Assembly (NCBI RefSeq): GCF_000143415.4
Contig: NW_003314276.1
Location: 1,242,574-1,306,573, forward strand
DNA from: Selaginella moellendorffii
Taxonomy: Eukaryota > Plantae > Lycopodiophyta
Direction: 5' to 3'
DNA length: 64,000 nt
Positions 26,897-38,324 of the stretch are shown piece by piece (position 1 is the stretch's first letter; each line of letters starts with the position of its first letter). The notes under the pieces were generated by a model. That model had not been told where the DNA came from. It made no database searches and saw only the letters and a list, made by a program, of their open reading frames with translations. The position numbers were made by a program, and so were the translations under genes.

Positions 26897-28075
26897 CAAC
26901 CAAGCAAGTCACCTTATAGAGCGCCGGTCCTTTTTGTTATGAAAAAGGATGGAACCATGAGGATGTGTACTGACTATCGGGCACTTAACAAGATCACGGT
27001 TAAAAATAGTTATCCTTTGCCTGGCATTGATGACTTGTTTGACCAACTCTTAAAGGCTAAGTATTTTATGCGACTTGATTTGCGGTCTGGGTATCATCAG
27101 ATACGGGTGGCGGATGAGGATGTGAAGAAGACAGCCTTTAAGACTCGGTATGGATCTTATGAGTTCCTTGTCATGCCGTTCGGGTTATGCAATGCTCTAG
27201 CGACGTTTAGCACTATGATGAATAGAATATTCGGAGATTATTTGGACGCATTTGTTGTCCTATATATCGACAATGTTCTAGTCTTTAGTGAAACATTGGA
27301 GGATCATTTGAAACACTTGGAGCTGGTGTTTCAGAAGTTGCGCGAACACAAATTGTATGCTAAGGAAAGTAAATGCGCTTTTGGTCAATTGCTCGTAAAC
27401 TTTCTCGGACATATAGTTGGTGGTGGCGTGATTGAGGTCGATCCAAAGAAGGTGGAAGCGGTGAAGTCCTGGGAAGTCCCGACCACTGTATTAGATGTTC
27501 GTTCCTTTCTCAGTTTGGCGGGATACTATCGCAAGTTTGTCTGCAATTTTGCAAGAATTGCTCTTCCGTTGACTGAGTTGACGAAGAGTAGTATTCCGTT
27601 TCATTGGACACCAGCTTGTCAGCGTGCTTTTGTATGGTTGAAGGAGATCTTGACTACGGTTCCTGTTCTCAAGATCCCAGATCTCGATAAACCCTTCGAA
27701 GTGCATTGTGATGCATCTGGTTATGCTATTTGTGTCGTGTTACAGCAAGATTGTGACAAAGCGGTTGGTGTTACACTAAGGCGACATGGTTGTCCTGTTG
27801 CGTTCTATTCCAAGAAATTGGATGAGACCCAACGAAGATGGCCAACGCATGAGAAAGAGATGTTTGCTATAGTGTCAGCCCTGGAACACTGGAGACACTA
27901 CTTGGGTGGACATACCAAGGTTTATACGGATAGTAACACACTAAGCTACTTTGCTACGTAGCCTAAGCTTACGCCGAAGCATGCTCGTTGGCAAGAGAAG
28001 CTTGCTAGATATGATATTGAAATCATATATAAACCTGGTAAAGACAATATTGTTCCGGATGCGTTGAGTCGTCAG
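26897..28075 (+). pseudogene. RT-RNase H of D
   Basis: 340-aa ORF with [22 protein letters not shown] (catalytic D>N), CDASG and HEKEMFAIV. Confidence 0.95.
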
Positions 28076-29900
28076 TGTAAGTGACTAATTTTTCCATTCT
28101 ACTTTAGTCACTTAACCACACCCCCGACCACTTGGAGGAGTCTCACTCACAACCTCCATAAGTCCTATTCCGGACTCGGGGACTTGCCAGCCCCAAGAAT
28201 GGCATCCGTGCCACTCAACCGTTGCACCTGGTCTAAGTGCTCCACGTGTCCAGTCCCATGATTGACAACCAAAGGTACTATTAACGTATCGGCCTATTAC
28301 GCTAAGGCCATGCCCATTCACCTCTGCCGCACCAGTGGTTCAATACCACTTGCATCATAGTCCCGTCTCTCCACGACTGGGCCATCTGTCCATGAGTGGT
28401 CATCCTAGATCCACTCCTTAGCATCCTTAGGATGCCCACAGACATGGGGAATAACCTTCCCCAATATCCCTTTGTCAGTTACCACTAAGTCCCCATTTGC
28501 CCTTGGCCGTGTTTGCTAACACTGCCACTAGATTGAGGCCCACAGGCTTGACCACTAAGTCCCATGGTCATCTGGGACTTCCTCACCACGTGACTGTATC
28601 CTTGGCCACCACACCAAAGGACTGCTCCTTTTCCTTTCCACAGTCTGGGACTTTGGGACAACACTTCAGAACACCGTGGCCTTACGCGAGCCACCTGGGT
28701 ACTCTCCCCGCCTTCTGCCTTTGGGTGCTCTAGCCATGGGCTTAAAGCAAGGTTCCATTGAGCCACACCAGGTATCCAAGTAGGTAGTGCCACCCACACT
28801 TGGATTGGGAGCATCGGCCAATTGATCTCCTGGGGGAACTAGAGCCGGCTCTTGAACACTTCACCAAGCTACCCCGCTTGTCGGTCCATATTCACTCTAG
28901 TCTTGGACTTCCCAATGGTCAGTTCATCACCCAACACTGGGTCTGGCCTTCCTGGGCCAAATTGGCCTTTCTTGGCCAAACTGGCTCCACTGTAGTCCTC
29001 CCTCTTACTATACTTTTGGAGCTCACCAAACCCCCCAGGGTCTGGGAGACGAACGCTTTGGGCTTTCACCCTCTCAGACTCGAACTCGGACTCGGACTCG
29101 GACTCGGACTCGGACTCGGACTCGGACTCGGACTCGGGCTCGGGCTCAGTCTCGGCCTCCACCTCGGTCTCGGTCTCGGTCTCGGTCCCGGTCTCAGTCC
29201 CGGTCTTAGTCCCGGTCTCGGTCCGGGTCTCAGTCCCGGTCTCGGTCCCGGTCTCGGTCCCGGTCTCGGTCCCGGTCTCGATCTCGACCTCGGACTCCAT
29301 CTCAGGTCCTTCTCGGACTCCATCTCGGATTCCATCTCGGGTCCATCTCGGACTCCATCTTGGTCCATCTCGGACTCCATCTCGGATTCCATCTCGGACT
29401 CCGTCTCGGACTCCATCTTGGACTCCATCTCGGACTCCGTCTCGGTCCATCTCGGACTCCATCTTGGACTCCACTTCGGACTCCATCTCAGACTCCACTT
29501 TGGACTCCATCTCGGACTCCATCTCGGACTCCAGCTCGGACTCCAGCTCGGACTCCATCTCGGACTCCGTCTCGGTCCATCTCGGACTCCACCTCGGACT
29601 CCATCTCGGACCCCAACTCGGGTCCATCTCAGACCCCTACTCGGGTCCATCTCGGACTCCATCTCGGACACTTCCACGTGTCATGTGTTGGTCCTTTTGG
29701 GTCCTTTTTGGAGTCTCACTTATTGCTCGCTTCGTGCTTGTTCCTCGAGCACTTTGTTGGGAGTTCCACTCCCGCTCTCGACCTTCCAAGTCGGAGCTTT
29801 TAGTCCAAACATGTTACGCTCGTTTGGCTTTCGCTTTGGCCACTACCATGTGGCACCCTTTCCGGCTCCACTTTGGGGCCTAGGGATTTTGTGTCTCACA
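28076..29900 (-). mobile_element. Solo LTR of family C (1825 bp)
   Basis: TGTAAG...CTCACA; TSD GTCAG/GTCAA; homologous to 38325-39998; D pol resumes immediately after. Confidence 0.95.
29078..29669. repeat. CTCGGN hexamer / CTCGGACTCCAT 12-mer array within the solo C LTR
   Basis: Directly visible tandem repeats. Confidence 0.95.
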
Positions 29901-29905
29901 GTCAA

Positions 29906-31432
29906 GCTCAATTCCAGGCAATATCGGCAATCAATTTGGACTGGTTGGAGGACGTTTGGGCTTTGTATGGAAGTGATCCATTGGCGAAGGCAATCTTATG
30001 CCGTGCGGGGTTGTTGAAGCAAAGCCCTGGTAGTGAAGTAGCGAAAGTTGCTAATCGCACTAATGCAAAGCTTCACTTCTCAGTTCGGGATGGGCTTATA
30101 TTCTATAAGCAAGAAAGATTGTACCTTCCCTCTAAGGATCTTCAGCAGTTATTTCTGCGGGAACATCATGATGTTCCAGCAGCGGGACATGGTGGGAAGC
30201 GAAAGACTCTGGCTTCATTGAAAAAGGGATTTTTCTGGTCTGGTATGGAAGGTGATGTAGCGGATTAGGTTCGTTCCTGCCCTATATGCCAGCAATGTAA
30301 GCACAGAACTGAGAAGCAAGCTGGAAAGTTGCAATGCATTCCAGCACCAGCATGGCCATTTCAAAGTGTGACACTTGATTTCATCACTTGCTTGCCGAAG
30401 TCTAAGGGTTGTGATATTTTGATGGTGGTTGTGGATCGGTTGTCAAAGATTGCACACTTCATTCCAACTGTGGGAACAGTAAATGCGAAATAAGCAGCAA
30501 AGCTCTTTTCCCATGAAGTAGTGCGAGTTCGTGGTCTTCCTGAAGGGATGATCTCCGATAGAGATTCAAGGTTTACGGGGAAGTTTTGGGGCACACTGTT
30601 CCAGTTGTTTGGCACCAAATTAAAGTTTAGTACAGCTTATCATCCTCAAACTGATGGGCAGACCGAATGCGTGAATGCTCAACTTGAGGATTATCTGCGG
30701 TACTATGTCGCGGCGGACCAACGCGACTGGGTTGAGCATTTGGATACAGTAGAAATATGTTATAACAACACATTTCACAACACTATTGGCTGTTCTCCAT
30801 GGGAGATGTTGCAAGGGAATGCTCATGGGGTTCCTCAATAGATCGTTGTACCAAAACCAATGACCGAAGTGTTGGTCCTAGCCGTTGAAACTTATGTGGA
30901 GCAGCTATGCCAAGGTTGGTCTAGAGCTACCAAGGCGATGGGCAAAGCTCAGGATAGGTATCAACGTGATAAGGATCAGCATCGTTGGAATGTATCCTAT
31001 CAAGTGAGAGATCAGGTGTGACTATCTTCCCGAAACTTGAACATTAAGGGTTCTTTGTCTCGGAAGCTCTTGCCGAGATATGTTGGACCCTATCGGGTGC
31101 TAAAACGCATTGGTGATGTATCCTATCGGTTCGATCTGTTTGCAGAGATGTCCAATGTTCATAATGTATTTCATGCCAATCTATTGGCTCCTTACACTAT
31201 GGATATTGCACATCAAGGGGAGATTCGTCCACCACCAGACGTTGTGGATGGTGAACCTGAATATGAAGTGGAAACTATCTTGGATTCCCGGATCCGGAGA
31301 TGGGCTCGTGTGAAGGAATATCTAGTTAAATGGAAAGGTTACCCAACTTGTGAATCAACCTGGGAGCCTCTTAGTAATCTTACCCATGCTCATGAGCTTG
31401 TCACGGAGTATGAGAATAGTAATAAAGATTAG
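29906..31432 (+). pseudogene. Integrase and chromodomain of D
   Basis: HHDVPAAGH..CPIC; ISDRD; YHPQTDGQTE; RYVGPY; chromodomain EYEVETIL..YLVKWKGY..STWEP. Confidence 0.95.
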
Positions 31433-32044
31433 CTTTTGTAAAAACTCTTGTAATAAATCTTGCAAATCAATAAAAGACAGATATTTTTATAAATCAAAGT
31501 GTCATTTCTCTCGTTCGATAGTACTTGGGTCAGTTTTGGTAGGCTGACTTCGGCACTTCGGTGCATGGGTCCAATCCATAACCATGGGGATACCTATTAT
31601 AGACTGATCACAAGTCCCCACCTCTCTCTCGATGACTCATTTTTGAAAAGGGGCGTGGTCGTGTAAACAACTTAATCTACTAGTTTATAGTAGTTGTCTA
31701 AATCTTCCCGACGGGGTTGATTTCTTGCTCAGGGGCAGTTGGGCCTTTGGCCTTCTCCCTATGTTCCTGTGGGCAGGGATGTATCATTCCTTTGTAAGCC
31801 GAGTGGTACTCGGAGCAGCAAAGGTGGCTAACTTCATTAGTCATTTCCTTGTCGGTGACGGCCGGAGGGTGTCTGAGTCTTAACGTCTTTGGACGTAAAG
31901 GAGAGGTCATTCCATAACTCATTTAAGTCGGTGTGTTTCCCACATAGTGTGCTTTCCGTTAACTTTCGGAGTTGTTTCCTTGACGGTTTGCTAGACTCGG
32001 GTATGCATCGACGAGGACGTCGATCTTCCCTAAGGGGGGGAGAG

Positions 32045-33213
32045 TGTCGCGAATGTGACTTCGGGTATCAAAAGATACTTGTCGACTGGTCCTTACGGAC
32101 ACTCTTTCCTTACTGCCATGATGGCAGGAGATCGGTATAGTTGGATCCCTTTAGTAGCCCCTCTTGTGCTAGTAGAGTTAACTGGGCATTTCGAGTGTAC
32201 TTAGACCAAACGAGCATAAGGACGGAATTCCTACGTGCTATTAGCTAAGCATACTTAGCCTGGTAAGGAGTTCCCGTCTCGTTATATCTTGCACTGGCTA
32301 GTAACAAGAACCCTCGTGTATTGAGACTAGTCCCTCAATATCGCCGGATGATAGCTTACCGTGTTTGCCAAACACCCTCACTATCATGTCCTTTGTGTTA
32401 GTCTCATTTCGGTCCCAAATGCTATTTATGGAAAGTGTCTAGATTAGCTCATTTGGCATATCTACGGAATGTAGAGATCAGCCTGAACACAATGGTGTTC
32501 GTCCCGTGTCCAAATTCGCAATCTAAGGACATTCCATATTTAGTAAGTTTCGAGTTTGTCCCAGAGACTAACTCCTGGTANNNNNNNNNNNNNNNNNNNN
32601 NNNNNNNNNNNNNNNNNNNNNNNNNNNNNNNNNNNNNNNNNNNNNNNNNNNNNNNNNNNNNNNNNNNNNNNNNNNNNNNNGGGTGAAAGCCCAAAGCATG
32701 TGTTCCTCAAAGGGGGGGGGGGAGGGGGCTATGGGGGGTTCCACATGTATAGTAGGGATAGTGGTTGGAATGCATGTCCGATCACCTGAGACATTAGTTT
32801 GGCTCCTGCTGGGATGTGTCACTCCTTGTTCTGCGTTTGGCTTGGGTCTAACCCAAGCTCCACGCTGCTCTAGTCAATGGGGTAACCTCCTCCTCGCGTT
32901 AAGCCACCAGTATGCCAAAATTGAGCCAGACTCTGTCTGACACCATTTTGCGTGCAGGTGCTGGATACGGGGAGCTGGTGCTCATGGGAGTGTACCGGAC
33001 CCTCATTTTGTAGTGCAACGGGCTTGGATTTTGGCTCCAAATTCAAGTGCACTACATTTGGTATCTCATGGGATGAGATTTGGATATACTGTCACCGTGG
33101 ATCCTTGGAACCTTAGGGGATAAATGGGGATAAAATAGCCACTAAGGGCTCTCTCATCAAGCAATTGCCCCTTTTCCAATTGGCTTAAGGGGAGAGAGAT
33201 AAGGTGCGCTACA
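32045..33213 (+). repeat. Composite 3' LTR of D: B-type LTR (32045-33056) + PBS stub TGGTATC (33059-33065) + short-LTR copy (33066-33213)
   Basis: 32045-32990 matches the reverse complement of B LTRs; 33066-33213 matches 17260-17407. Confidence 0.85.
32581..32680. other. Assembly gap (100 N)
   Basis: N run; the homologous B LTR has only ~14 nt between the same flanks. Confidence 0.99.
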
Positions 33214-35218
33214 CTAAAGAAGGTGGCTATGGTGGAGAACTAGCCTACACCAACTTCAATGGCCGAGTTACGCAGTTTTCTTGGTATGGCTAATTACTAC
33301 CAATGTTTCTAGCATAAGTTTGCAGATGTGGCTATTCCTTTTATATGGTTATTGCGCAAAAAAGTGCTATTCGAGTGGAAGAAGCCACACGAGGAGAGTT
33401 TTGTGGCATTGAAACCACTGTTGAGCAAGGCTCCAGTGCTTTGCATTACTAATCTATCGAAACTTTATGCGGTGATATGCGATGTGAATGGTTATGCACT
33501 GGGAAGGGTTCTCATGCAAGAGGGATAACCTGTTGCATATAAGAGTCGAATTTTGAATCCCACAAAATAACACTATTCCATATATGAACAAGAGTTACTC
33601 TCTATCGTTCATGCTTTGCAGATGTGGTGGCACTATCTTTATGGTGCAGTGTTTGTGGTGTTGACGGATCACAAACCACTTGAGTATCTTTTCACACAGA
33701 AGGAGTTGAACACTAGGCAAGCTCGTTGGATGGTTAAACTCATGGAGTTTGGGGAGTTTTCTATTGAGCATCATCCAGAAAAATTAAATGTGGTGGCAGA
33801 TGCTTTATCTCGTGTTTGTCATGTGACAACATTACAAACACGGTTTTGTCATTATTTGAGTAAAGTGTTCAACGAGTTTGGGCAATTGGTTGCATATGCT
33901 CACGCTTAAGATGCTAAGGTGGTCTCTTTGCGAAACTAGATGGACACCCCTTTCTCATTGGTGGATGGAATTCTCTACTACAATGGCCGTGTATATTTGC
34001 CACGGGTGGATGCGTTAATTACTTAAGTTTTATTCCACTACGATGATCATCCAAAGGCCGGTCTCTTTGAGGGGAAGAAGATGTATGAGTTGATTAAGCG
34101 CAATTTTTATTGGAAGAATATGAAGGTTGATATCCTCGAGTATTGTAAATCATGCGAGCTCTATCAATGGGTTAAGGTGCTACGGGAGAAGCCAAGGGGA
34201 CTTTTGCAACCTTTACCTATTCCTTAGAGCCATTGGTGTAGTATCTCTATGGACTTCATCACTTGTTTGCCATATACATAGAGGCAAAAGGAGCAAGTAT
34301 GGGTCATAATGGATCGGTTGACGAAGTATATGTGGTTGTTGGCTCTTCAAAAGACTGTCACTGCCTCAAACTTAGCTGCGGTTTACTTGGAGAAGGTTTT
34401 TCCTGATTTTGGTTTGCCGAAGGACATTATTAGTGATCGAGATTCAAAGTTCATAAATGGATTTTGGAAGAGCTTTGGGAAAGCTATACAAGTGACTTTG
34501 AAACTCTCGAATGGAGATCATCTTCAGACGGATAGGCAAACCAAGCGTGTGAATTAGGTGGTGGAGGATATGCTATGTTATAGCGTTGATCAAAGGCAAG
34601 GATAGTGGGATTTATATCTTCCATTGGTACAATTTGCTTACAACAATAGCCAACACAATGGAACTAAGCTAAATCCTTACTTTGATATGTTTGGAAGGCA
34701 TTCCCGAGTATGGATTGCATTTGAGTATAGACGTTCAAGATAAATTTGATTCTGAGTTGACTGATTTGGCCACAAAACTTGATGAGATTCTAGTGGTGTG
34801 CAAATGGAATTTGTAGGTAGCTCAGGATAGAGCGGAGAAGTTTATTAATGAGCATCGCCAATTTCGGGAATATAAGGTGGGTGATCTTGTCTTTGTATGA
34901 GTGATCTTTCCGTCAAGTGAGCGACAAAACACATTGGTGCCTTTACGTACATGGAAGAGTGATAAACTTTCCCATCGATATGCTGGTCCATATGAAGTGC
35001 TAGAGTGCATTAGTAAAATGGTTTATTAGGTGTGGCTGCCAACTGGGTGAAAATTCATTTGGTATTATATCAGCCAGTTGAAAGGTGTACTATCTCAGAG
35101 TGATGGGCCCAATGCCTCCTTGATGAATACAGCTATAGAAGATGGACCAAGAGCTTGAGCAGAGTTGATTACCGATACAACTCGTCTTTGGGACAAGGAC
35201 TTTGTTGGGGGGAAGAAT
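33214..35218 (+). pseudogene. RT end, RNase H and integrase of A (degenerate)
   Basis: ICDVNGYALG, LTDHKPL, VADALSR, IISDRD; colinear with 560-2477. Confidence 0.92.
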
Positions 35219-35451
35219 CGTTAGGCGCTAGCTTTGACCACGTGGTCAACATTTGTCAAAGGGAGGCTCAATGGTATATTAAGGCATGTTAGGGTAAGGG
35301 ACTTAACCTAACCTAGGGCTCACAGTGGAGTGGTGGCGCAATAGAGCTTTTGAGGTAGCTCGGGGGTGGTTGGGTGGTGAAGAACCTCAAGAGGTGGCAA
35401 TTTATTGTCTAGGGTGATTAGATCTCTGTCTTTTTGCACTGGTTCATAACA
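35219..35451 (+). repeat. 3' LTR of A
   Basis: CG(<TG)TTAGG...ATAACA followed by TSD GTGCA. Confidence 0.9.
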
Positions 35452-36347
35452 GTGCACATCTTACATCTTGCATGCTTGATCAATGGGAAGCTATGATGCA
35501 GCAGAATCCTAAGATTGAAATCACTGGAGAGGTGTGTAAGCTTATAGGAGATGTTATCTCCCATACAGCAAGCTATCTCAAAGGGCAAAGAGTTTTTGAG
35601 ATATTGTCTAAGATAATCGCAGAGCTACTGCTCAAGCTTATTAGCTTTTCCTGAATTCCAGGCTTCAGGTATGCTGGATCATCTATTGAATTGAATCATA
35701 ACTACTTGCTTACAAGTTTCTCCCACCTCCAATCAACCTCAAGCTTTGGAAGCTTCATCAAGAGTTGGGGAATGAAGAGTGAGCATGGAGAATGGGAGAA
35801 GAATGAGTGCTAAACATGTTGGATTACCTTCCCTAAATCAAAGGCCAAGGATCATAAATGAGCATTAGCAATCAATAAAGTTAGGGAGGAGCAATTTATA
35901 CAAGAATTACTTACTTAGATTGATGCTAAAGGAGTGTGATAGCAGTAGAAATTTCACAAGTGGGAATTTGATAGAGGAATGGAAGACATTCTATATTACA
36001 GGGCATGAGACCACAGCCACCTCACTAACTTGGACTTTACTGGGAGGCTATCCTGAATGGCAAGAATGCGCCCATGTTGAGGTACACAAAAGTATGTGGC
36101 AATGAGATTCCTAATGGTGAGAGTGTCAACAAGCTTAGGCTTGTAAGTCAATCAATGCCTTGTAACTCCAAAACTTCTTGATTCTAGAATAGGTGGGAAT
36201 GATCCTTTATTAAAATTTGCAGTTGTATCCACTAGCAATTGAGATGACCAAGAAGTGTGTAGAGGAGTTTTGGCTGCATGATTTACATGTTCCAAAAGGA
36301 GTGTTTGTGACTTTTCCAATCATTGGATTGCATTAGGACAAGGAGCT
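35452..36347 (+). pseudogene. Cytochrome P450 (CYP72 clan) pseudogene, central exons
   Basis: MLDQWE..GDVISHTA; I-helix KTFYITGHETTATSLTW..YPEWQ; GT-AG intron; VGMILY*NLQLYP (ExLRLYP) and HVPKG..IIGLH*DKEL. Confidence 0.88.
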
Positions 36348-37324
36348 TGTTAGAGTGTGATAGGTGCCTTAAGGCCACATTCAATGGCAATTTTAAGAAA
36401 AATTCCTGGACATAACTAATATATAGATAGTGGTTCTTTCTTGTTTCAAGTAAACAATTTTTTTTAGTTTCCTTCTAAAAATATCATGTTCATTCTTTGC
36501 GGCTCTTTGTCATAGTATTGGAGTAGGATCAAAAGGATGGAAATGCTGCCATTGTCACTTTTTCAAATGGCAATTCCATTTCTCTTTTTGATGGATCTAG
36601 AAACTTCTCAAGTTGGAGATACTGGATGGAGCTCATTCTTAAAGGCAAGGGAGTTTGGGGTGTTGTCAATAGTGATGAGTTGAAGTCAAGAGCTTATATG
36701 GGTTATTAGAAGGTGGATATCTGGAGTCAATATGAATACCATGGCACGGTGATGATGATTAGGCTTGTGGTGATAGAGAGCATATTAGATGATCTTGCCC
36801 TTAGTGAGAATTACACCAATAGCAAGTTGTGGAAGAAGCTGTGTGAAAAGCACAAGCAATAAATGCATGTCCAGATTGATTACTTTTACATATAGATGGT
36901 TAATATATGGTGGATAGAGTTAGAAAGCTTTGACTAGTTCAAAGATGACATAAAAGAACACATACTAGAAAATTGAGGATTTAGATAAAGAGAATAAACT
37001 TCTTCCTTCTCTTCAAAACTATTTCTTCTTTCTTGCTCTTTTTAATTCTTTTCATTCTCATTGAAGCAACTTGATTTAGGTCAACAAACTTTAGCATAGT
37101 CATGCTATATTTGCTGTCGAAAAAGGAGATCATCATGTAGAAGGACATTGAAATTCTCCACTCTAAATCTGATCAAGCTTTATTTGTAGGAAGCTCTTCT
37201 AAGCAATCTTTGAAAAAGGACAATAATAAAGTTTTCAAGGATGGAGGTTTTTCAAGGTGAAGAGTGATGCAAAGTCTAAAAAAGACTCCAAGAAGAAGAA
37301 ATTTTGTGGTTATTACAATAAATT

Positions 37325-37728
37325 TGGAGAACTACAAAATCACCTCTACAATGATTTTGTGAATCCTCTCTAATCTAAACTAGATCCAAACATAAAAAGG
37401 AAAGAAATACTTAGCCATGTGCTATTGCTAAGATGTTGATGCTGAGATTGATGCACATCTCACAACCTTGATCCCCAGAAGGCAGTGAGTAAGATAGGCA
37501 TGGAAGAGAAGAGTAGATGTTGAGCAAGTGGAGTGTATGTTATTATGGCCAAGGATATAAAAGACAGAAAAGGGGATAGGTCTGGCGTGCTATCACCAGC
37601 CTATATAACCACTACATGCCCAGTCATCCAAGTCAAGAATTTAGACCGGGAGAAATCCTGATCTCAATTCCTGACTCAAGAAATGCCTTCGTGCGAAAAT
37701 CACAATGCAAAATGCATGTACCTCTCTA
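37325..37728 (-). repeat. 3' LTR of E
   Basis: Direct repeat of 50461-50864. Confidence 0.93.
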
Positions 37729-37763
37729 CTCTCTGACGACTAGAGTTGAGCGGCTCCTGTAGC

Positions 37764-38324
37764 TCAAGCTTCCATTGTAGTGGTGGTAGCAGTTGTGGTG
37801 TTAGCCTCTGGTTCTTCCTCAAAGTCCTCGAGCTCGTCGTGAGTGTAGTTCTTTATGGCAGTCTCGAGCACCTGTAGTCGGGCCTTGAGCTCCATGTTCT
37901 CTTTGGTAAGGCGGGCATTCTCGAGTTGGTACTGCTGCGCTAACTCAAAAGATTCTCGGCAAGTGTTTGGTGTTGGGAGTCCATGAGCCTGTATAATGCG
38001 AAGGATTCCCTTTACCTGATCGAGTTCTTGAGCCATGCTTGCCATTTTCTCCTCGTGTGGGCGTGCAAAAACATTGCAGAAGAAGCTCTCCATTCTGTCC
38101 CGTGTGTACACCGCCATGTTGGAATTATGGTACTGCTCCAGGAAGTTTGTAGGCATGGGACGGATCACTTTCGGTTGCTGCTGGTCCTGATGATGATGAT
38201 GCTCCTGCTGCTCCAAATTGTAGTGGTGGCGCTTGTTGTTCACGCGCTCATGATGAAATTGGCGTTGCATTGTTGAACGAGGCGGCTGCATGTTGTCAGT
38301 AGTGGTGTCTGGAGTAAATGTCTG
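37764..38324 (-). CDS. C-terminal part of E's 3' extra ORF (Q/H-rich, coiled-coil-like), function unknown
   Basis: 175-aa ORF that joins 46462-47330 in frame once C and one TSD are removed (..ETQQT|FTPDTTTDNMQPP..). Confidence 0.7.
   Translation of the reverse strand, partial: QTFTPDTTTDNMQPPRSTMQRQFHHERVNNKRHHYNLEQQEHHHHQDQQQPKVIRPMPTNFLEQYHNSNMAVYTRDRMESFFCNVFARPHEEKMASMAQELDQVKGILRIIQAHGLPTPNTCRESFELAQQYQLENARLTKENMELKARLQVLETAIKNYTHDELEDFEEEPEANTTTATTTTMEA

Larger units (their letters stand above)
17246..33213 (+). mobile_element. Ty3/gypsy chromovirus D with asymmetric LTRs
   Basis: Interrupts A's RT at GATCCCAA|GAAGG (degenerate TSD CCCAA/CTAAA); 5' LTR 17246-17407; PBS TGGTATCAGAG 17410-17420; gag-PR-RT-RH-INT-chromodomain; PPT AAGGGGGGAGAG before 32045. 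Confidence 0.88.
15526..35451 (+). mobile_element. Ty3/gypsy element A (degenerate, RT core deleted), host of D
   Basis: LTRs 15526-15740 and 35219-35451; perfect TSD GTGCA (15521-15525 / 35452-35456); PBS TGGTATTAGAG 15742-15752; PPT before 35219. Confidence 0.93.

Noticed and set aside
28800-30017. Long GL/SP/ES-repeat ORFs in several frames (also 39048-40025 and 45501-46650)
   Set aside because: They are translations of a stop-free 6/12-mer array inside C LTRs, open on both strands, and differ between copies.
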